A stretch of DNA of 64,000 nucleotides, from contig DASSNC010000111.1 of assembly GCA_035688305.1 (NCBI GenBank), forward strand, positions 573 to 64,572, given 5' to 3'. This document shows, in pieces, positions 19,601 through 27,878 of the stretch (positions within the stretch are counted from its first letter, which is position 1; each line of letters begins with the position of its first letter). The position numbers and the translations under genes are program-made. The DNA comes from Rhodanobacteraceae bacterium (lineage in GTDB: Bacteria; Pseudomonadota; Gammaproteobacteria; Xanthomonadales; Rhodanobacteraceae). The notes under the pieces are model-generated. The model was not told the origin of the DNA and made no database searches. It saw only the letters and a program-made list of their open reading frames with translations.

Positions 19601-19858
19601 AAGCTGCAGGACCGCGTGCCGGATGTGATGTTGCTCGATATCGAGATGCCGCGCATGGACGGCTACGAGTTGGCGACGCACATGCGCAACGACGTGCGCT
19701 TCCGCCAGGTGCCGATCATCATGATCACCTCGCGCATGGGCGAAAAACACCGCCAGCGCGCATTCGAGATTGGCGTCGATCGCTACCTCGGCAAGCCGTA
19801 CAGCGAACCGGACCTCTTGCGCAATGTCGCCGAGATCCTGGAGGCGGGGCGTGGCTGA
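13700..19858 (+). CDS. chpA: Hybrid CheA-type histidine kinase ChpA/PilL (multiple Hpt domains, kinase core, CheW domain, C-terminal receiver)
   Basis: 2052 aa. Several Hpt signatures (RSFHTLKGSGRLVG, VRAVHTLHGAVAMVG, RNLHTLKGGARVVG). CheA HATPase (GRGVGMDVV). Receiver domain (VMVVDDSITMRK...DIEMPRMDGY). Confidence 0.92.
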   Translation: MMTGDDMMSTTTDEAGVASLAPDGAGRMASGAARKPTMRLEEHLEFSTLGWVKPQIDQLLSEARLALESYSDSPGDQASMHSCIDLLHQVLGTLRMVELYGAAELAQEMEHLAQNLLEENIAKRDEAFGALMRGLVQLPDYFDLIETGHKDIPIVLLPLINEMRDARAAAPVDEKVLFHPDIDRPLPAQAAGARAAFPFADLRQRTTQVRLRFQVQLLAWTQGHEPDFAVMRGCLDELLSISHAEAARRLWWVAGGVVEALQQGRLDQHAASLRQQFGQLDRTIRKMQDQGEDVCSDEDSHELTRTLLYFIAHAKPGDGRSNDVFHAFALDRVLPTAEELEHARAAMSGRNRALLDTVAKAVREDLLRVKEGLDIFLRRDERDNQQLVPHLDTLQRVADTLTMLGLEGPARMIGEQRQTIAHIIDGKREPKPETVLDVASALLYVDASLDEHIENLGAPEDSDSSLPTSEARKIMRALMREAGANLGRVKDALTAFIESAWSHDRLAGVPKMLAEVSGALRILNLERPAGLVDGIDRYIDNELVIDRTVPTVDEMDLLADALAGVEYYLEIGRDSSASNDQLLAGAQRSLESLHYWPVPERRAPVAVVEAADGSDDVAAPLPAEEFESTATPTEPHAAPPAAPAAPAAVADESLVVPGVGPGKWVDVEEEVLEPITGDGVAVDTTFQDAAGIDEEIREVFVEEVGEEIANISVNLPAWKSNPEDLDTLKNVRRSFHTLKGSGRLVGAMALGEFSWKVENMLNRVLDHTIQPDANVQDLVDTAVAALPKLHAGLQGDPVALDPPLDAIMQAADKLAAGEPARVADFVQGYRKTIRTVRRWVPQAEAVVAAPAPVAPVSVITSPESGLPVVDPILLDVLRTEVGQHVGSLRDYLGRNGNHDVAVDDELVRAVHTLHGAVAMVGIDSLSSMLGPMEVWMRRVRSADAPLDREGCDAVRDAVAMTDHVMAQFDAPMPDVPDSTVLTERIETLRDRWPEAAPLGGPRQHIAHPVTPEPIVEEAPEGAALAGLDAGGAEEDAEARAMREAEEQLAADQAEADRVAAEKAEAERIAAEQAEAERAAAEQAEQAEAERAAAEQAEQERAAAEQAEQERAAAEQAEAERAAAEQAEAERAAAEQAEQERAAAEQAEAERAAAEQAEAERAAAEKAEAERAAAEQAEAERAAAEQAEAERAAAEKAEAERIAAEQAEAERIAAEQAEQERAAAAKAEAERIAAAREQAAREIAANALPAFPDDPQPEGALDIENLDPELAGLFTEEAGELLDASDGLLATLRSAPDDVESVRGLQRNLHTLKGGARVVGISAVGDLAHVMETLLEQIVDHKRALEPIEVDSLERGFDRLQDMVHRVSEGQAIATPVHAIERFDALASGRPIAGVTSEAQQPESAAAPAPIPPPRPAPAPVAEAEVRAPAELIRVRSDLLDSMVNAAGEASIYRARLEQQVSNFRFNLVELDQTVARLREQLRKLEIETETQILSRYQRENEAGESTTFDPLELDRFSNLQQYSRALAESVSDLASIQDILDDQTRQSETLLLQQSRVNSDLQDGLMRTRMVPFESMVPNLRRTLRGAADELGKRAQLRVVGAQGEMDRNVLERMKAPFEHMLRNALTHGIEDPAQRVAVGKPMEGTVTIEVGRLGTEVLVRVSDDGAGFNRDAIRAKAIERGLLAPDVPVSDSELYNFVLQTGFSTAGEVSQLAGRGVGMDVVANEIRQLGGSLTIESERGQGTAFNIRLPFTLAVTQAITVRAAETVFAVPMTSVQAVSRIRREELAERLASGDLKVEYAGEEYALHDLSELLGFPASKIPEENTGQLPLLMVRAGDLRAAIRIDMVIGSREIVVKPVGPQISNVPGMFGATIMGDGSVMLILDLAPLVRHFVANRAAAALALATEQESGTVAAPAEPAAPPVDERGPSLVMVVDDSITMRKVTTRVLERENFEVITAKDGVDALEKLQDRVPDVMLLDIEMPRMDGYELATHMRNDVRFRQVPIIMITSRMGEKHRQRAFEIGVDRYLGKPYSEPDLLRNVAEILEAGRG
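16847..17400 (+). repeat. About 18 tandem 30-bp units inside chpA, encoding (AEQAEAERAA)n
   Basis: Direct reading shows near-identical 10-aa units (AEQAEAERAA / AEQAEQERAA / AEKAEAERIA). One unit carries a 3-codon insertion. Confidence 0.9.
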
Positions 19859-21146
19859 CCAGGGCACCCGCGCCTTGCCGCGCATTGCATTCGTGTTCGG
19901 CGACGCGTCGCTGGCCGAGCACGTGCGTGATGCAGTGACCGGGCACGCCGAAATCACCTATTCGGTTCCTGCGCAGGACTTCGATGCGGCACGCCTGGTC
20001 GATGCACAGGTAGCCTCGGCGTTGGTGAACGTCGACGGGGGTGACTGGCTAGATGAAATCGAGTCGCGCCTGAATGCCGCCGGTGTCCCCGTGGTGTTCA
20101 ATGATCCTGATTATTCACGCGGCCTCGATGGTTGGGACCGCGCGCGCTGGTTGCGCCACCTGACCGCGAAGCTGTGCGGCAGCGACGACTATGATCCGCC
20201 GCGGCCGGTAGCCGTGGCGGACGCGCCGGATGCTGCGCCGGCGGAAGTGGACACAACCGCGCCCGCTGCTGTTGCGGAGGTCGCCAGCGACGAGACCAAC
20301 TCGCCCGGTGCAACGGACGATCCCGAGGCCGACGGCGATTTGGCGGCGGGCGAACCAGCGTCCCGCTCCAGCGACGCGGTGGCGGAACGGCCGCTGTCGC
20401 CGCATGAAATAGAAACCATGACGGCCGACTTCGTGGCGACGCCCGAGTTGCACACCAAATCGGCGTCGTCGTGGCAGCCGACCGCCGTCACCGTACAAGT
20501 GTCGGCGCAGCCTTCCGTTGCAGCGAGGTTGCCGGAGGCCACGCCGCAATCCGGACCCGCCACGCCTGAACCAGTCGCGTCCGAACCGGCCGAAATGGGT
20601 CCTGACGCATCCACGCAACCCGCGATCGATCCGCCGCAGGCATCCGACCAGGATGCAACGACGGATCTTCTGGACGTGGACACCGAAGCATTGTCGGCGA
20701 TGATCGACGAGCGCCTGGCGCAACCGGAAGCGTCCGCAGGCCTGCAAGAGACATGGGACGTTCCGGGTGCGACGGCTGGCGATATGGATGCACCTGCAGA
20801 TCCGGCATTGGGCGACCCCGTGCCCTCGGATGACGCGGCTGCGGGCATGCACACGATTCCCGTGGCTGACGTATCTGAGGCGCCCGCCAGCGATCCGGAC
20901 GCCGACGTGTTGGCGAGCCTGCCGTCGCTCGACGATTGGCAGTTGCTCGATGCGGATGCCATGCCTGAAGCTGCCAAATCCGGCAGTGGGCGGGTTGCGT
21001 CGGAGCTGCCCGACAGTCTTTCCGACCTTTCGCTGGTGCCCATGGATCCCACGGGCGATATTCCCATCAACACCGATCCGATCGAACGCTGGATCGACGA
21101 AGCCGAGGGCCGTACCAAGCCCAAGGGTGACGGAGACAAAGCATGA
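19851..21146 (+). CDS. Pil-Chp-associated hypothetical protein with an acidic Pro/Ala/Asp-rich C-terminal two thirds
   Basis: ORF 19770-21146. The likely GTG start at 19851 overlaps the chpA stop by 8 nt. The first ~110 aa look globular (RIAFVFGDASLAEHVRDAV...) and the rest is low complexity. The stop overlaps the start of the next gene (ATGA at 21143). Confidence 0.55.
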   Translation: MADQGTRALPRIAFVFGDASLAEHVRDAVTGHAEITYSVPAQDFDAARLVDAQVASALVNVDGGDWLDEIESRLNAAGVPVVFNDPDYSRGLDGWDRARWLRHLTAKLCGSDDYDPPRPVAVADAPDAAPAEVDTTAPAAVAEVASDETNSPGATDDPEADGDLAAGEPASRSSDAVAERPLSPHEIETMTADFVATPELHTKSASSWQPTAVTVQVSAQPSVAARLPEATPQSGPATPEPVASEPAEMGPDASTQPAIDPPQASDQDATTDLLDVDTEALSAMIDERLAQPEASAGLQETWDVPGATAGDMDAPADPALGDPVPSDDAAAGMHTIPVADVSEAPASDPDADVLASLPSLDDWQLLDADAMPEAAKSGSGRVASELPDSLSDLSLVPMDPTGDIPINTDPIERWIDEAEGRTKPKGDGDKA

Positions 21147-21631
21147 ACGACGACCTGGGTTTGCCGCGCGAAATTCGCGGCGTCATGCTTCCCGTCACGG
21201 GTGGCCGCGTGCTGGTGCCCAACACCACGATGGCCGAGGTGATCTCCTACGCCAAACCCGCACCCGTGCGCGGTGCGCCCCCATGGTTGCTGGGTCGCCT
21301 TACGTGGCGCGGCTGGGGCCTGCCGGTGCTGGCGTTCTCGTCGTTGGCGGGTGTGGCCGGTGGCGGCGAAGCGACCGAAAACGCGCGCGTCGCGATCCTG
21401 AAGGCGCTGAGCGGCCACCCCCGGCTGCCCTATTTCGGCGTGTTGAGTCAGGGCTTTCCGCGCCTGACCCTGATTTCCGAAGCGATCATGAAACCCGATG
21501 AGAGCGCCGACGCCGAGGCACTGCCGGCGTGCGTGCGCGAGCAGGTGATCGTGCACGATGAAGCGGCCTGGATTCCCGATCTTGCGGCGGTCGAGAACAT
21601 GGTCGTGGAGGCGTTGAGCGTTGCCGCTTGA
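21143..21631 (+). CDS. chpC: CheW-like protein (ChpC-type)
   Basis: 162 aa containing PWLLGRLTWRGWGLPVLAF, a CheW-like core. Last gene of the Pil-Chp cluster. Confidence 0.75.
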   Translation: MNDDLGLPREIRGVMLPVTGGRVLVPNTTMAEVISYAKPAPVRGAPPWLLGRLTWRGWGLPVLAFSSLAGVAGGGEATENARVAILKALSGHPRLPYFGVLSQGFPRLTLISEAIMKPDESADAEALPACVREQVIVHDEAAWIPDLAAVENMVVEALSVAA

Positions 21632-22514
21632 GCGCATCGAGACGCGCAACGCCGAGATCGGCGACGGCTTTTTCGTGCGGCGGGCCTTGCCCAGCAAGCT
21701 GCGCCGCATGGTCGGTGCTTGGTGTTTTCTCGATCATCTTGGCCCGGTTGCCTACCAGGCCGGCGGTGGACTTGCGGTAGGGCCACATCCGCATATCGGC
21801 CTGCAGACTTTTACCTGGATGATCGAAGGCGAGGTCATCCATCGCGACAGTCTCGGCAACGAACAGACGATTTCGCCCGGCCAGGTCAACCTCATGACGG
21901 CTGGCCACGGCATCTCCCATTCCGAGGATTCGCCACCCGGCCGCGGCGGTCGCGCGCACGCAGTGCAGTTGTGGATCGCACTGGACGAAGCGCATCGCCA
22001 CGGGCCGCCCGCTTTTTGCAACTATCCCACGCTGCCGGTGAGCGAGCGCGATGGGTGCCGCATCACACTGCTGGTCGGTTCGCTCGCCGGGCAGCACTCG
22101 CCGGTGGAAGTGTTCTCGCCATTGCTCGGTGTGGACGTTGCGCTGCAGTGCGCGACGACGCTCGATGTGCCGTTGGATCCAGCGTTCGAACACGCCGCGC
22201 TGGTACTCGAAGGCGAAGTGACGATTGCCGGCGAATCGTTCGTGCCCGGCACGCTCGCCTACCTCGGCAGCGATCGCGATGGCGTTTCGTTGCAATGCGC
22301 GGCGCCGGCGCGGATGGTGCTGGTCGGCGGTGCGCCATTCGGCGAAGACATCCTGCTGTGGTGGAATTTTGTCGCCCGCACGCAGCAGGAGATGGCTGAC
22401 GCCGTGCGCGACTGGAACCACGGCACCCGTTTCGGCGAGGTCCACGGCAGCCCGTCGCGGCGTTTGGTCGCGCCGGATGTCACACAGCTCAGGTTGCGAT
22501 CGCCGGGCCGCTGA
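21621..22514 (+). CDS. Pirin family protein
   Basis: 297 aa containing PHPHIGLQTFTWMIEGEVIHRDSLGNEQTISPGQVNLMTAGHGISHSE, the cupin metal-site motif of pirins. TTG start overlapping the chpC stop. Confidence 0.88.
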   Translation: MPLERIETRNAEIGDGFFVRRALPSKLRRMVGAWCFLDHLGPVAYQAGGGLAVGPHPHIGLQTFTWMIEGEVIHRDSLGNEQTISPGQVNLMTAGHGISHSEDSPPGRGGRAHAVQLWIALDEAHRHGPPAFCNYPTLPVSERDGCRITLLVGSLAGQHSPVEVFSPLLGVDVALQCATTLDVPLDPAFEHAALVLEGEVTIAGESFVPGTLAYLGSDRDGVSLQCAAPARMVLVGGAPFGEDILLWWNFVARTQQEMADAVRDWNHGTRFGEVHGSPSRRLVAPDVTQLRLRSPGR

Positions 22515-22521
22515 GCCTGCG

Positions 22522-23256
22522 TCAGAAGTCGCCGAAGAGTGCCTGCAAGACCGCGATTGCCGCAAGCCCGGCGGTTTCGGTGCGCAGGATGCGCGGGCCG
22601 AGCGACAGCTTGGCGAATCCGGCCGTGTGCAGTGCGGCGAGGTCACCGTCCCCGAATCCGCCTTCCGGGCCAACCGCGATCACGCTGTGGGGCGTGGGTT
22701 GCAGCGCACGTGGAGCGCGGGCTTCGCCGGGATGCAATACCAATCGGGTTGAGTGGGGATCCGCAGCGAGCGCGGTCAGCCAGGCGGCCAGCGGTTGCGC
22801 CGGGTGCAGCGCCGGAACGATGGCGCGGCCGGATTGCTCGCAGGCGGCGATCGCGACAGCTCGCCAATGTTCGAGGCGTTTGGCTGCGCGGCCATCGTCG
22901 AGCTTCACTTCACTGCGTTCGGTCACCAGCGGCACGATCGCGGCAACCCCCAGTTCCGTGGCTTTCTGCACGATCCAGTCCATCTTCTCGCCGCGCGCCA
23001 CGGCCTGCGCCAGGGTGATGCGCAGCGGTGATTCGCGGGTGACGGCCTGCCGGGACTCGATCTGCACCGCGGCGTCGCGACCGCTGGCCGAGGTCAGGTG
23101 TGCCGGGTAATCGTGGCCATCGCCATTGAACAAGGTGAGCGCAGCGCCGGCGCGCAGGCGCAACACGCGCAGCACGTGGGCCGCAGCCGGCGCGGGCAGT
23201 GTGACTTCGGTACCGACTTGCAGGGCGGTGGCGACGTGGATGCGGATGTTGCGCAT
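22522..23256 (-). CDS. rsmE: 16S rRNA (uracil1498-N3)-methyltransferase RsmE
   Basis: The ATG at 23256 gives MRNIRIHVATALQVGTEVTLP..., with a C-terminal GPEGGF...LGPRILRTETA motif. Confidence 0.9.
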   Translation of the reverse strand: MRNIRIHVATALQVGTEVTLPAPAAAHVLRVLRLRAGAALTLFNGDGHDYPAHLTSASGRDAAVQIESRQAVTRESPLRITLAQAVARGEKMDWIVQKATELGVAAIVPLVTERSEVKLDDGRAAKRLEHWRAVAIAACEQSGRAIVPALHPAQPLAAWLTALAADPHSTRLVLHPGEARAPRALQPTPHSVIAVGPEGGFGDGDLAALHTAGFAKLSLGPRILRTETAGLAAIAVLQALFGDF

Positions 23257-23383
23257 GGGCGTGGAACTCGTCCGGGGCGACGGCGGTCTCAAGTATGAAC
23301 GAAACCTGTTGCGCCGGACGCGCGTTCACGTTGGCGCGAGCGCGTGGGTGGACAATGAAGCGTCAAGCACCGGAGAAACCAAC

Positions 23384-23722
23384 ATGAAAATGAACAGACT
23401 CTTCATGGCCTTGGCTGCCACAGGCTTCGCGGCGGCAGTGTCCGCGTCGGCATTCGCCGGGCAGGCGTCGCCGAGTCAGGACGCCGCCGCGAGTCAGACC
23501 AACACGGCCACGGCGCCTGCGAAGGCCAAGCGTGCCGTGCCGGCGCCCGGCAGCCGCAACTGCATCCAGAGCACCGGCAGCCACATCCCGCCGCCGAAGG
23601 GCCAGTGCCTGCCGGTGGCAGGCAACAGCTACAGCCAGCAGGACATTCGGCGCACTGGTGCCACGGACGTTGGTCGGGCGCTGCAGATGCTTGATCCATC
23701 CGTCACGGTGCACGGGCATTAG
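23384..23722 (+). CDS. Small secreted protein resembling the first segment of a TonB-dependent-receptor plug
   Basis: The ATG at 23384 gives MKMNRLFMALAATGFAAAVSASAFAGQ, a signal peptide. It is followed by STGSHIPPP...YSQQDIRRTGATDVGRALQMLDPSVTV. 112 aa in total. Confidence 0.6.
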   Translation: MKMNRLFMALAATGFAAAVSASAFAGQASPSQDAAASQTNTATAPAKAKRAVPAPGSRNCIQSTGSHIPPPKGQCLPVAGNSYSQQDIRRTGATDVGRALQMLDPSVTVHGH

Positions 23723-23847
23723 CGAAACCATCAATCGTCATGGCGGCATTGCCGCATCGGTGAGGTCTTGGCATAGGTGGTTCGGGCACGCGCGGCCCGA
23801 ACAGCCGCGCGTCGGCTGGGCATCCACGGCCATCAGCAGGAACGGAA

Positions 23848-25212
23848 TCAAGTGGCGGCGGCTTCGATGGCATCCGCGGCGACCGCGATCATGCGATCGA
23901 TGTCGCCTTCGTCGATGCAGTACGGTGGCAGGAAGTAGACCGTATCGCCCAGCGGGCGCAGCAACATGCCGTGCGCGAGGGCGTGGCGATAGAAGCGCAG
24001 GCCGCGCCGCTGCGCGCCTGGCCAGGGCGTACGTGTAATCTTGTCGGCCACCAGATCCATGGCAGCGATCATGCCCGTCTGGCGCAGGTTGGCCACGTGC
24101 GGATGCGCGCGCAGCGGTTCCAGCCGCCTGGCCAGATGCGCCGCCAGTTCCTGGTTGCGCTGCAGCACCGGTTGTTCGGCGAAGATCGCCAGGGAGGCCA
24201 GGGCGGCCGCGCAGGCAATCGGATTGCCGCCGAAAGTGTGCGAGTGCAGGAAGGCGTTGTTGGCGGCGTAGTCGCCAAGGAATGCCGCGTACACGTTAGC
24301 AGTCGTCAGCACGGCCGACATCGGCAGCGCACCGCCGGTCAGTCCCTTCGACAGGCACATGAAGTCCGGCGTGATGGAGGCCTGCTCGCACGCGAACAGG
24401 GTGCCGGTGCGGCCAAAGCCCACCGCGATCTCGTCGGCGATCAAGTGCACGTCGAATTCATCGCACAGCTTGCGCAAGCCGGCAAGGTAAAGCGGTGCGT
24501 GCATGCGCATGCCGCCAGAGCATTGCACCAGCGGCTCGATGATCACCGCGCAGGTCTCGTGCGCATGCTGTTCCATGATCGCGCGCATGTCGCCGAGGCG
24601 CCGGCGCGCCACTTCGTCGGCGGTCTCGCCCGCTTCGGCGTCCAGCCAGTCCGGCGAGGGCGCGACAATTGGCTCCAGCAGCAACGGCCCATACACCGCG
24701 CGGTACAGGGGCAGGTCGCTGACGCTGAGCGCGCCCAGCGTTTCGCCATGATAGGCGTTGGCCAGCGCGATGAAGCGGGTGCGTTGGGGCTGGCCGCTGT
24801 TGTGCCAATAATGGAAACTCATTTTCAGCGCGATTTCCACCGCGCTGGCGCCATCGCTGGCGTAGAACACGCGTTCAAGGCCCGGCGGGGTGATCCGCAC
24901 CAGCTCTTCGGACAGGCGCAGCCCCGGCTCATGGGTGAAGCCCGCGAACATCACGTGGTTGAGCGTGGCGGCCTGCTCGGCCACGGCCGCGGCGATGCGC
25001 GGGTTGGCGTGGCCGAACAGGTTGCTCCACCACGAGCTGATGCCGTCGAAATAACGCTTGCCCTCGGCATCGATCAGCCAGGCGCCGTCGCCGCGCACGA
25101 CCGGAATCAACGGCAGCGCGCCGTCGTGTTCGCGCATCTGGGTGCAGGGATGCCAGTTGTGGGCGAGGTCGCGTGCAGCCAGTGCGGCGTTGCTTTGGGG
25201 CGGGGTTTTCAT
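23848..25212 (-). CDS. bioA: Adenosylmethionine-8-amino-7-oxononanoate aminotransferase
   Basis: The ATG at 25212 gives MKTPPQSNAALAARDLAHNWHPCTQM.... Class-III aminotransferase with the PLP lysine context (CLSKGLTGG). Confidence 0.92.
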   Translation of the reverse strand: MKTPPQSNAALAARDLAHNWHPCTQMREHDGALPLIPVVRGDGAWLIDAEGKRYFDGISSWWSNLFGHANPRIAAAVAEQAATLNHVMFAGFTHEPGLRLSEELVRITPPGLERVFYASDGASAVEIALKMSFHYWHNSGQPQRTRFIALANAYHGETLGALSVSDLPLYRAVYGPLLLEPIVAPSPDWLDAEAGETADEVARRRLGDMRAIMEQHAHETCAVIIEPLVQCSGGMRMHAPLYLAGLRKLCDEFDVHLIADEIAVGFGRTGTLFACEQASITPDFMCLSKGLTGGALPMSAVLTTANVYAAFLGDYAANNAFLHSHTFGGNPIACAAALASLAIFAEQPVLQRNQELAAHLARRLEPLRAHPHVANLRQTGMIAAMDLVADKITRTPWPGAQRRGLRFYRHALAHGMLLRPLGDTVYFLPPYCIDEGDIDRMIAVAADAIEAAAT

Positions 25213-25266
25213 CCCGGCATGATCGCGGCGATGACGGTACGGCTCAAGCACAGCTAAGCTTGGACG

Positions 25267-26076
25267 ATGGCTGTGAACGTCGATGCCCCGTTCCTCGATG
25301 ATGCGCTCGCCGTGGCGTTGGATGCCGCGCGCGCCGCCGGCGAGCGCATCGAACACCACTTCGACCGGGGTGTCGAAGTGGAGCTGAAACCGGATGCAAC
25401 CCCGGTGACGGTGGCCGACCGCGAGGCCGAGGATCTCATCCGCGCCGCGATCCTGCGGGCGTTCCCGGAGCACGCGATTTACGGTGAGGAGCGCGGACGC
25501 AGCGGCCACGGCGAATTCCTGTGGCTGGTCGACCCGCTGGACGGCACCAAGAGCTTCGTGCGCCACACGCCCTACTTTTCCACCCAGATCGCATTGATGC
25601 ATGCGGGCGAGCTGGTGCTGGGCGTGTCGCACGCGTCGGTCTATGGCGAGACCATGTGGGCGCGGCGCGGCGGCGGCGCGTTCCTTGGCGGGCAGCGCGT
25701 GCGGGTTGCGGACACGCGTGCCGTCGCTGACGCATCGCTGTCACTTGGCAACATCAAATCGCTGACCCGCGATGCCGGGCGCTGGCGCGCGTTCGGGGAC
25801 CTTCTGGGCGACGTCAACCGGGTGCGCGGCTATGGCGATTTCTGCCATTACCACCTGCTCGCGCGTGGCGCGCTGGACGTGGTGGTGGAGTCCGACGTCA
25901 ACATCCTCGACATCGCGGCACTCGCCGTGATCGTGCGTGAGGCCGGTGGCGCCTTCACCGATCTGGACGGCGCCGGGCTGACGCTGGCGACAACCAGCGT
26001 GCTGGCGGCGGCTCCGGGGTTGCACGCAACGGTGCGCGACCGGCTGCGGCGGCCCGAAGCAACTTCCGGGACTTGA
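25267..26076 (+). CDS. Inositol monophosphatase family protein
   Basis: 269 aa with IMPase motifs (GEERG, WLVDPLDGTKSFVR). Confidence 0.85.
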   Translation: MAVNVDAPFLDDALAVALDAARAAGERIEHHFDRGVEVELKPDATPVTVADREAEDLIRAAILRAFPEHAIYGEERGRSGHGEFLWLVDPLDGTKSFVRHTPYFSTQIALMHAGELVLGVSHASVYGETMWARRGGGAFLGGQRVRVADTRAVADASLSLGNIKSLTRDAGRWRAFGDLLGDVNRVRGYGDFCHYHLLARGALDVVVESDVNILDIAALAVIVREAGGAFTDLDGAGLTLATTSVLAAAPGLHATVRDRLRRPEATSGT

Positions 26077-26155
26077 CAAAAGCGCCGAATGTGTCACGTT
26101 TGTTACAGTTATCTGCAGCAGACCAGATGGATTCCCCGCAAACAAGGAGAACGTC

Positions 26156-26359
26156 ATGTCCGTGACCAAGGTCATCGAATTGAGCGCGTCGTCGCCGAAG
26201 GGCATCGAAGATGCGGTTCGACATGGGCTCGAGAAAGCCTCCAAGACCGTGAAGAACATGCGCGGCGCGTGGGTCAACGACATCAAGATTTCCACGGATG
26301 CCGACGGCACGATCCGCGAATGGCGGGTCAATATGCGGATCAATTTCGAGGTCGATTGA
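26156..26359 (+). CDS. Dodecin family protein
   Basis: 67 aa reading MSVTKVIELSASSPKGIEDAVRHGLEKASKTVKNMRGAWVNDIKI..., a pattern typical of bacterial dodecins. AAGGAGAA Shine-Dalgarno sequence upstream. Confidence 0.8.
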   Translation: MSVTKVIELSASSPKGIEDAVRHGLEKASKTVKNMRGAWVNDIKISTDADGTIREWRVNMRINFEVD

Positions 26360-26444
26360 TGCAAACAGGAATCGCGTGGCCGGCTCGGTCGGACCGGTCG
26401 CAGTGTGAAGACGTGAGGGCGTCTGCAACGGAGCGTGCAAATCA

Positions 26445-27143
26445 ATGAGTGCCGTGACGTGGGCCGTCGGGTGTCTGGAAGACGATCAGGACCAGGCCGA
26501 GTTGTTGCGACTTTGGCTTGAGCACGCCGGATACGGTTGTGCGTTGTTCCGCAACGCCACCGATTTCCGTCGGCGCCTCGGCAGTGAGGCTGTCGATCTG
26601 CTGTTGCTGGATCGCAGCCTGCCGGATGCAACCGGCCTGGATGTGCTCAGCTTCATACGCCAGTCGTCCAATGCCAGCTTGCCCGTGATCTTCCTGACCG
26701 CAAGCGGCGAGGAATCCGACATCGTCGAAGGCCTGGCCGCGGGCGCGGACGACTACGTCGTCAAGCCGCCCAAGCAAGGTGAGCTGCTGGCGCGGGTGGC
26801 AGCCGTGCTGCGCCGCCGCGGCGCTGACCTGGAAGGCTCCGACGTGCTGGAAATGCCGCCGTACCGGCTCGACTCGCAGCGCCGGCAGATCCTGATTGAC
26901 GGTGTGCCGGTGGACCTGACCCAACGCGAATATGAGCTCGCAAACTACCTGTTCCGTCGTCAGGGACGCATCGTCAGTCGCGATGCGCTGCTGGAAAATG
27001 TCTGGAACCTGGCGGGCGACGTCACCACCCGCACCGTCGATACGCACATCAGCCGCCTGCGCAAGAAGCTCGGCCTGTCGGGCGAGAACGGCTGGCGCCT
27101 CACGGCGGTGTATCAGCACGGGTATCGCATCGAACAGATTTGA
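26445..27143 (+). CDS. OmpR-family response regulator with no adjacent kinase gene
   Basis: 232 aa with a receiver domain (LLLLDRSLPD...KP) and a winged-helix domain (LTQREYELANYLFRRQGRIVSRDALL...VDTHISRLRKKL). Confidence 0.88.
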   Translation: MSAVTWAVGCLEDDQDQAELLRLWLEHAGYGCALFRNATDFRRRLGSEAVDLLLLDRSLPDATGLDVLSFIRQSSNASLPVIFLTASGEESDIVEGLAAGADDYVVKPPKQGELLARVAAVLRRRGADLEGSDVLEMPPYRLDSQRRQILIDGVPVDLTQREYELANYLFRRQGRIVSRDALLENVWNLAGDVTTRTVDTHISRLRKKLGLSGENGWRLTAVYQHGYRIEQI

Positions 27144-27290
27144 TGCGCGTGCATCCATGAGTGCGGCATTACACACGGTCGCAGCAACTCTGGTGATCAG
27201 GCGGTACCAGCCGCAGATTCAGCCATCCGTGACCGATAGCTGCTCAGCAAGCAGCTACACTTGCTGGCCGATTGACTGCATTGCCGCCAG

Positions 27291-27878
27291 ATGTTGAACT
27301 CGACGATTCTGGAAACGCTGCGGAACCTGCACGCGGCAGCCTGCGCGAGCGGCGACCCCGAGCCGAATGCGATGACGGTGGCGACCGCCGATCCGGGTGG
27401 CCGCGTGCACGCGCGCATGGTGCTCCTCAAGACGTTCGACGCACGCGGCCTGACGTTCTTCACCCACTACGACGGCGACAAGGGCGTGCAGCTGGCGGCC
27501 AACCCGCGAGTCGCGCTGTGCCTGTATTGGCGGCACCTGGCACCCGCAGCGCAGGTACGCGTCGAGGGACGCGCCGAGAAGATGCCGGCGGCGGAATCGG
27601 ACGCGTATTTTGCAAGCCGTGAGCGCTTGAGCCAACTTGGTGCCTGGGCATCGTTGCAGTCGCAGACCTTGCCCGATCGCGGCGTGCTGGATGCGCGGAT
27701 CGCTGAATTCGAGCGCAAATTCGCCGGTCGCGACGTGCCGCGTCCCGAAGAATGGGGCGGATACCGCGTGGTGCCCGATCTGGTCGAGTTCTGGTACGCG
27801 GGAGAACACCGCTGGAATGAACGCGAACGTTGGGAGCTGGTCGGCGATGATTGGCAGCAGCGGTTGCTGTATCCGTGA
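27291..27878 (+). CDS. pdxH: Pyridoxamine 5'-phosphate oxidase
   Basis: 195 aa with YFASRERLSQLGAWASLQS and the WGGYRVVPDLVEFWYAGEHRWNER signature. Confidence 0.9.
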   Translation: MLNSTILETLRNLHAAACASGDPEPNAMTVATADPGGRVHARMVLLKTFDARGLTFFTHYDGDKGVQLAANPRVALCLYWRHLAPAAQVRVEGRAEKMPAAESDAYFASRERLSQLGAWASLQSQTLPDRGVLDARIAEFERKFAGRDVPRPEEWGGYRVVPDLVEFWYAGEHRWNERERWELVGDDWQQRLLYP

